From the UHGV virus genome UHGV-0204260: a DNA stretch of 45,765 nt; one strand, written 5' to 3'. Position 1 is the first letter of the stretch, and each line of letters opens with the position of its first letter. A program made the position numbers and the translations under genes. Shown here piece by piece: positions 41,741 to 45,765 of this stretch. Below the pieces are notes generated by a model. The model did no database searches and was not told the origin of the DNA. It saw only the letters and a list, made by a program, of their open reading frames with translations. This DNA comes from a virus.

Positions 41741-41916
41741 ACCCTCATTATCTTTCGACTATGAAACACGTGAGATGAATCTTCCCTAATCGGCATTGAA
41801 CCAACTGGTGATTGCTCACAACGAATACACTTTCTGGTCCAATATTTTTGACCAGGATTAAATCTATACCAATCCTTTGACTCACCACACCTGTAGCACT
41901 GATACATGCGCATCAT
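41731..41916 (-). CDS. Cys-rich small protein (61 aa; zinc-ribbon-like CxxC...CxxC)
   Basis: ORF with the Cys pairs CYRCG and CIRCE. Confidence 0.45.
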   Translation of the reverse strand: MMRMYQCYRCGESKDWYRFNPGQKYWTRKCIRCEQSPVGSMPIREDSSHVFHSRKIMRVCK

Positions 41917-42242
41917 ACCAATCCAGCCTCCTGTTTTGCGCGGTGAACGTACGACATGAACTTGCCAATCGGCATTTCCTTGCGGATTTGCGCCAGTATC
42001 GCGCCATGCAAATATCTTTCCTCGCCGTAATACAGCTTATCGAGACGCGTTTTAATAAGCGCTCGCGTGCGCTTCATGTGGTCGCGTGCCTTAAGTGCTT
42101 TCTCGTGCCAGACGCGGTCATTCTTCTTATCCGCATATTGCAGTTGACGCTCGACGGTTTCGATTTCAAATGCCAGCTGCACGTCATAATCTTCAAGCTG
42201 AATGATGTCTGCTTTCATGATGTCGTTTAGTTGGATAATCAT
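41913..42242 (-). CDS. Hypothetical coiled-coil protein (109 aa)
   Basis: ORF with ATGA coupling to its neighbours. Confidence 0.5.
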   Translation of the reverse strand: MIIQLNDIMKADIIQLEDYDVQLAFEIETVERQLQYADKKNDRVWHEKALKARDHMKRTRALIKTRLDKLYYGEERYLHGAILAQIRKEMPIGKFMSYVHRAKQEAGLV

Positions 42243-42616
42243 TTTTTCACCTCTAATCCTGCTTGCTCAATTGCCAGTTCATATGCATCCATTGCGTCAC
42301 CAAATCCATTGGAGTAATCAACCGTGTAGCCTTTATTTAATGCCGCTCTTGAATCAATGAAATCCGGAGACTCAATCTCAATTGCTGCGCGCGATGCTCG
42401 CCACGCCAGAAACGTATAAACCTCTAACTCCTCTCTCTCCTCATCGGAATAATATGGCCTGTCAAAATTCTCACTAAACCACTTCTCAAACTGCTCTCTA
42501 CTCGTCATCTTCACTTCCTCCACTATCCAGCCCATCTTTCTACGGTTATTGGCAATAAACTCATCCGATGTAACAAACAGGGTTCTTCCTGATTTATGCT
42601 TAATATCCCATCTCAT
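42239..42616 (-). CDS. Hypothetical protein (125 aa)
   Basis: ORF in the early operon. Confidence 0.5.
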   Translation of the reverse strand: MRWDIKHKSGRTLFVTSDEFIANNRRKMGWIVEEVKMTSREQFEKWFSENFDRPYYSDEEREELEVYTFLAWRASRAAIEIESPDFIDSRAALNKGYTVDYSNGFGDAMDAYELAIEQAGLEVKK

Positions 42617-42782
42617 TTAGTACGTCCTCAGCAAGTTTGCGGAACATGATTTGCACTCTTGCTACTTTTCGCCACTCAGCCTCGGTGAGAATCATATCTT
42701 CTTGTTGCGGTATTCCTGACATTTCGCATGGCGGTAATGGCTCATAATCTACTGCCTGTTTCTTGCGCTTCGTCTTCCCCAT
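42600..42782 (-). CDS. Hypothetical protein (60 aa)
   Basis: ORF with a basic N-terminus. Confidence 0.4.
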   Translation of the reverse strand: MGKTKRKKQAVDYEPLPPCEMSGIPQQEDMILTEAEWRKVARVQIMFRKLAEDVLNEMGY

Positions 42783-43236
42783 GGTGGCCTCTTACATTGC
42801 GAAGAAGTGAATTAAACAGATTGCTGACGTTAACTTCCTGCTCACGCCATGAATAACGCCACAGCTTCTTGTGGTGGTCATAGCTTCGCGTTACATCACC
42901 GTTATGAAACATAATGCGGATGCGGCTTTTCACGATTCGGTAATCAATGTCAGTGGCAGAGCTGATTTCTTTCACCTCAGCGCCAGCGTTATCAAGCAAA
43001 TGGCACTTAATCGCATCATCAATGCCAGCAGCATCATCAGAGATGAAATATTCATACTGCCACTTACCACCACGAATCACTGACTTCTCGCGGCGAATGA
43101 AGCCAAGAGCGAGCATCTCATGCAGGCGGTGCGTTGTAGTGCTTGAATGCTTGCCGCCGCAATGCTTTTCAATATATGCGCGCGTTGCTCCCGGGTGATT
43201 GAGAATCACGCGCATGATTTGTGATTTATAGTCCAT
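42742..43236 (-). CDS. Hypothetical protein (164 aa), possible winged-helix N-terminus
   Basis: ORF only. Confidence 0.45.
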   Translation of the reverse strand: MDYKSQIMRVILNHPGATRAYIEKHCGGKHSSTTTHRLHEMLALGFIRREKSVIRGGKWQYEYFISDDAAGIDDAIKCHLLDNAGAEVKEISSATDIDYRIVKSRIRIMFHNGDVTRSYDHHKKLWRYSWREQEVNVSNLFNSLLRNVRGHHGEDEAQETGSRL

Positions 43237-43483
43237 GCTCTCGTTCCTCTGCTGCCTGATTGAAGTCTTCTGCCGTGTAGAGATGTCCGTTGCGCGTGTT
43301 CCATGACTTCACTGCTGATGCCTGACGAGGCCACTCATCAGTACCGCACCCACACTGCGAGCAAGCAACGTAATAGCCATTGGTATTCTTATCGCTGTAC
43401 GCATCGTTACTGTTGCAAAATGGGCATTCCAGTAATCCCTCATCATTCATCATCGGCATATGTGGCACTGTCATTTCAACCAC
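43226..43483 (-). CDS. Lar-like restriction-alleviation-type zinc-finger protein
   Basis: 85 aa with the pattern ECPFCNS...ACSQCGCG typical of the Lar family. Confidence 0.6.
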   Translation of the reverse strand: MVEMTVPHMPMMNDEGLLECPFCNSNDAYSDKNTNGYYVACSQCGCGTDEWPRQASAVKSWNTRNGHLYTAEDFNQAAEEREHGL

Positions 43484-43665
43484 TCCCCAAGATTGTTAAA
43501 TTTAGGTGCATCGCCAGACCAGTCGATAACATCTTTCTGCTGGCTGCGCTTGCGTTGCAGTCGGTTGCGCACTTCTCGCAGCTCGCATTCCAGCCATTCG
43601 CGAGTACGCTCAACTTCATTCAGTCGCTGGATTAACGATTGTTCGTACAGCTCGTCATGCGCCAT
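43471..43665 (-). CDS. Hypothetical coiled-coil protein (64 aa)
   Basis: ORF only. Confidence 0.45.
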   Translation of the reverse strand: MAHDELYEQSLIQRLNEVERTREWLECELREVRNRLQRKRSQQKDVIDWSGDAPKFNNLGEWLK

Positions 43666-43725
43666 TTATAATTTCTCCCGTAGAATTTTATAACAACGTG
43701 CTCAACGCACAGATAGCCTTCATCC

Positions 43726-43920
43726 TCAACCGTTACTGGTTGAACTATAAACAACCGCAGATATAAGTTCGTCAGCCTTTTCACGACCTGCAACCTCCGC
43801 TTCAAGCGCCAGTGAGCACATGGCAGTTTCCACAAACTTAATGGTATCCTCGCGGACATTAAGTATTTCCATAACCTCGCGAACTTCCTTCTGGTATCTC
43901 GCTGCTATTTCTTTGTATCG
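43726..43920 (-). CDS. Hypothetical protein (~65 aa), first gene of the minus early operon
   Basis: Likely start MRYKEI at 43920. Track ORF 43726-43953. Confidence 0.4.
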   Translation of the reverse strand, partial: RYKEIAARYQKEVREVMEILNVREDTIKFVETAMCSLALEAEVAGREKADELISAVVYSSTSNG

Positions 43921-43952
43921 CATTTCCACATCACCTTTTCCGTTGTGGTACA

Positions 43953-43995
43953 ATCTACGTCAATAAGTATTGACTAAGTGATGTAGATTGGTCAA
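43953..43995. promoter_or_regulatory. Divergent early promoter/operator region with ATCTACGTCAA (43953-43963) and GTGATGTAGATTGGTCAA (43978-43995)
   Basis: Opposed motif copies, plus the same GTAGATTGGTCAA 13-mer seen at 5096-5108. Confidence 0.45.
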
Positions 43996-44024
43996 CAATA
44001 ATTTTCGAAAAGGAGTAGTAAATA

Positions 44025-44248
44025 TGCCAAGACCACGACGCGAGCCGATGGACATTATCACGAGCATTGTGGAGAAGCGGCAGCCGCTGACACTCCGTGA
44101 TGTTCGCTACTTTGCCCGTTGCTATGTGGCGCTGGCTGATATGCCAAAGGATGAGATGTATGATTTGATTCGTGCGAATTTTAACGTTGATGAACACAAC
44201 CGCGTCACCATGCCGCGACGCGAGATGATTAAGTGGAGAGAGAAATGA
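44025..44248 (+). CDS. Hypothetical early protein (74 aa)
   Basis: ATG at 44025 behind an AAAGGAG RBS. Confidence 0.5.
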
Positions 44249-44736
44249 AGAAGTGGAAATATCTGAAAGGTTATGAGGATGATTTTGCTGGCCATGACAC
44301 GGCTTGTCTTGTAGTTAAGTCAGGAAGTACTGGTGAGATTTTTTATCTAAGCATAGATTACGCTGGTCGCCTTGAATTGATTGAGGGTTGCGGGGATATT
44401 GTTATTGCATACCGCGAGCCAATTACCGACGAACAAGACTTAAACGATTGTATCGTCGCGCCGGAAGCAGATGCAACAGAGCGACTCATCACCGAGCGCG
44501 GAAGCCGATACGGCAAATTCAAGGATGGCGCCGAAATCATGCAGGAACTGAAGGAGGTGATGCGCGAGGTTGATGGATGGCGTAATCTGACACCGAGCCA
44601 GCGCGAGGCGCTCGACATGATTCAGCACAAGATTGGGCGCATCCTGAATGGCGATCCGACCTATGATGATAGCTGGAAAGATATTGCTGGCTATGCAACG
44701 TTAATTGTTAATGAACTGAATGGAGAGATTAAATAA
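44233..44736 (+). CDS. Hypothetical protein (167 aa); the C-terminal half is reminiscent of all-alpha MazG/NMAD-like NTP-pyrophosphatase folds (uncertain)
   Basis: ORF only. The pattern R-YGKF...W...L..IQHKIGR...D-W-DI-GY is weak recognition. Confidence 0.5.
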   Translation: MEREMKKWKYLKGYEDDFAGHDTACLVVKSGSTGEIFYLSIDYAGRLELIEGCGDIVIAYREPITDEQDLNDCIVAPEADATERLITERGSRYGKFKDGAEIMQELKEVMREVDGWRNLTPSQREALDMIQHKIGRILNGDPTYDDSWKDIAGYATLIVNELNGEIK

Positions 44737-45044
44737 TGGCATTTTGCGATATCACAATCGCGCAACGAAACGCGAACTACACCAACATTGCTGACACTTC
44801 CGCGCAGCTGGTATCACTGAATAGCGACGGCAGCGCAGTGCTAAAAATCGGCACAGAAACAGCGCAATTCATCGTGCAGAATCTGTCGCAGGCGAACGCA
44901 AAGCAGGTGCTGATTAGCACTGGCAGCGTGCTGTTTTTGGCGGGTAATTACAATGCACCAAATCTTGAGTGTTCACTGGTGCGCATCGTTGAACCTGCGG
45001 TTGAGGAATCTGTTGATGAGCCAACAGTATTGCCAGCGGAGTGA
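44736..45044 (+). CDS. Hypothetical protein (102 aa) with acidic C-terminus
   Basis: ORF with ATAATG coupling. Confidence 0.5.
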   Translation: MAFCDITIAQRNANYTNIADTSAQLVSLNSDGSAVLKIGTETAQFIVQNLSQANAKQVLISTGSVLFLAGNYNAPNLECSLVRIVEPAVEESVDEPTVLPAE

Positions 45045-45171
45045 GCCACCAAAGCCATCTGCATGGTGTGAGCAAATGGAGCGCAATGCTAAAGATGGAG
45101 ATGAGGCTTATGCTTATTTTCAGCTGAAGCAGATGTGGAAGCAGAGAGAAGAGTCTGAGCAAGCCAATTAA
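45019..45171 (+). CDS. Hypothetical protein (~50 aa)
   Basis: ATG at 45019 behind GAGGAA. In frame with track ORF 44953-45171. Confidence 0.4.
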   Translation, partial: SQQYCQRSEPPKPSAWCEQMERNAKDGDEAYAYFQLKQMWKQREESEQAN

Positions 45172-45174
45172 ACA

Positions 45175-45200
45175 CAAGCCCCTTCACGGGGCTTTTTTAT
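45175..45200. terminator. Rho-independent terminator (AGCCCC-ttcac-GGGGCT + T6)
   Basis: Hairpin plus TTTTTTATT, after the plus early operon and abutting the Rz 3' end. Confidence 0.65.
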
Positions 45201-45675
45201 TACGCAGCGAATTGTACTGCGCCTCACATGCTAATCCTGCCTCTCTTGCCCTGTCAGCGTAATCTGCCAGTTGTCGATTTCTTTCGACAGATGCTGCGAG
45301 CACGTTGGCAAGCAAAACTCCGGTTTCTGCGGCTGGATTGCCAATGGACTCAGTGGTGGAATATCCGACGAGCTGCTTGCGGATGCTTGCAAGTTGTTGC
45401 TGCAACCTGCCAGACTTAGCAGCAGCATTAACAGCATCATTACGCGCAGCATCAATCCTTTGCTGTGCGTCGGCCTGAATCTTTTGCAGTTCTGCATTGC
45501 GACGTTGCTCCTCTTTTTTGTCTGCGGCCTTTTGTTCGGCTATTGCTTGAGTTTTGCCTTCTGCGTATCGCTGGTTGCCGTAGCTGATGATTTCGCTATA
45601 CGCCCACAGCGCGCCAGCAGCAACAATTATAATAATTGCCAGCGGTCGCCAGTATTTAGCGAGAATCGACATCAT
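45184..45675 (-). CDS. i-spanin (Rz-like)
   Basis: 163 aa. N-terminal TM helix followed by a long Q/A/R-rich coiled coil. GGAGG RBS. It contains an embedded +1-frame lipoprotein gene. Confidence 0.8.
   Translation of the reverse strand: MMSILAKYWRPLAIIIIVAAGALWAYSEIISYGNQRYAEGKTQAIAEQKAADKKEEQRRNAELQKIQADAQQRIDAARNDAVNAAAKSGRLQQQLASIRKQLVGYSTTESIGNPAAETGVLLANVLAASVERNRQLADYADRAREAGLACEAQYNSLRNKKAP
45231..45452 (-). CDS. o-spanin (Rz1-like lipoprotein) embedded in Rz
   Basis: Track ORF 45231-45497 in another frame. Lipobox LSLAGC after a hydrophobic signal, and a Pro-rich mature part. The start Met is uncertain (M16 or M20). Confidence 0.6.
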   Translation of the reverse strand: MLRVMMLLMLLLSLAGCSNNLQASASSSSDIPPLSPLAIQPQKPEFCLPTCSQHLSKEIDNWQITLTGQERQD

Positions 45676-45765
45676 TGCGCAGCCTCCGGTTCTCCTTCCT
45701 CATGCCGTGCATCTTGCCGAGGATGCCAACAAGCATGATTGAATAACTCACACCTTTAACAACGA

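Noticed and set aside
43632-43859. 75-aa minus ORF overlapping 43726-43953 in another frame
   Set aside because: Heavy overlap with a better-placed ORF and a basic nonsense-like composition.
45676-45765. Possible holin spanning the window junction (ORF MMHVWVMMPDDLKAALPP... continuing into the window end)
   Set aside because: It requires an exact circular junction. It has only one ~12-aa hydrophobic patch, has no RBS and overlaps the Rz start. Not convincing.

Overview
The window looks like a complete or near-complete, circularly permuted ~45.8 kb genome of a virulent tailed phage of Enterobacteria. It has siphovirus-type tail genes in lambda-like order plus a tailspike, and no integrase or CI-type repressor was seen. 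The endolysin (127-567, minus) sits at the window start and its Rz/Rz1 spanin partners (45184-45675, minus) at the window end, so the window probably opens inside the lysis cassette. Recognisable modules: terminase small and large subunits, portal, Mu-F-like head morphogenesis protein, protease/scaffold, major capsid protein, head-tail joining proteins and the full tail gene set (minus strand). A plus-strand replication/recombination operon encodes prim-pol/helicase, a Sak4-like ATPase, gp157, an SSB-like protein, an SF2 helicase and a VRR-NUC nuclease, and four free-standing HNH endonuclease genes are scattered through the genome. This gene content resembles T1-like or Jersey/K1G-type (Guernseyvirinae-like) coliphages and Salmonella phages, but that is an inference from protein motifs, not a database hit. 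The long minus-strand late region is interrupted by at least six plus-strand islands. Each island has its own sigma70-like promoter built from a recurring TGAYGTAGATT motif, and each ends at a rho-independent terminator. The islands carry a superinfection-immunity-like membrane protein with NinX-like and DUF551-like genes; two tRNAs (Ser-GCU, Arg-UCU) behind a ~480-nt non-coding transcript; a ParB-like nuclease with a half-size DnaN beta-clamp homologue; a Lar-like zinc finger; and several small proteins. A putative origin (AT-rich block plus CGGGAAGCG iterons) lies upstream of the prim-pol gene. All function calls rest on motifs recognised by eye and need HMM or BLAST confirmation.
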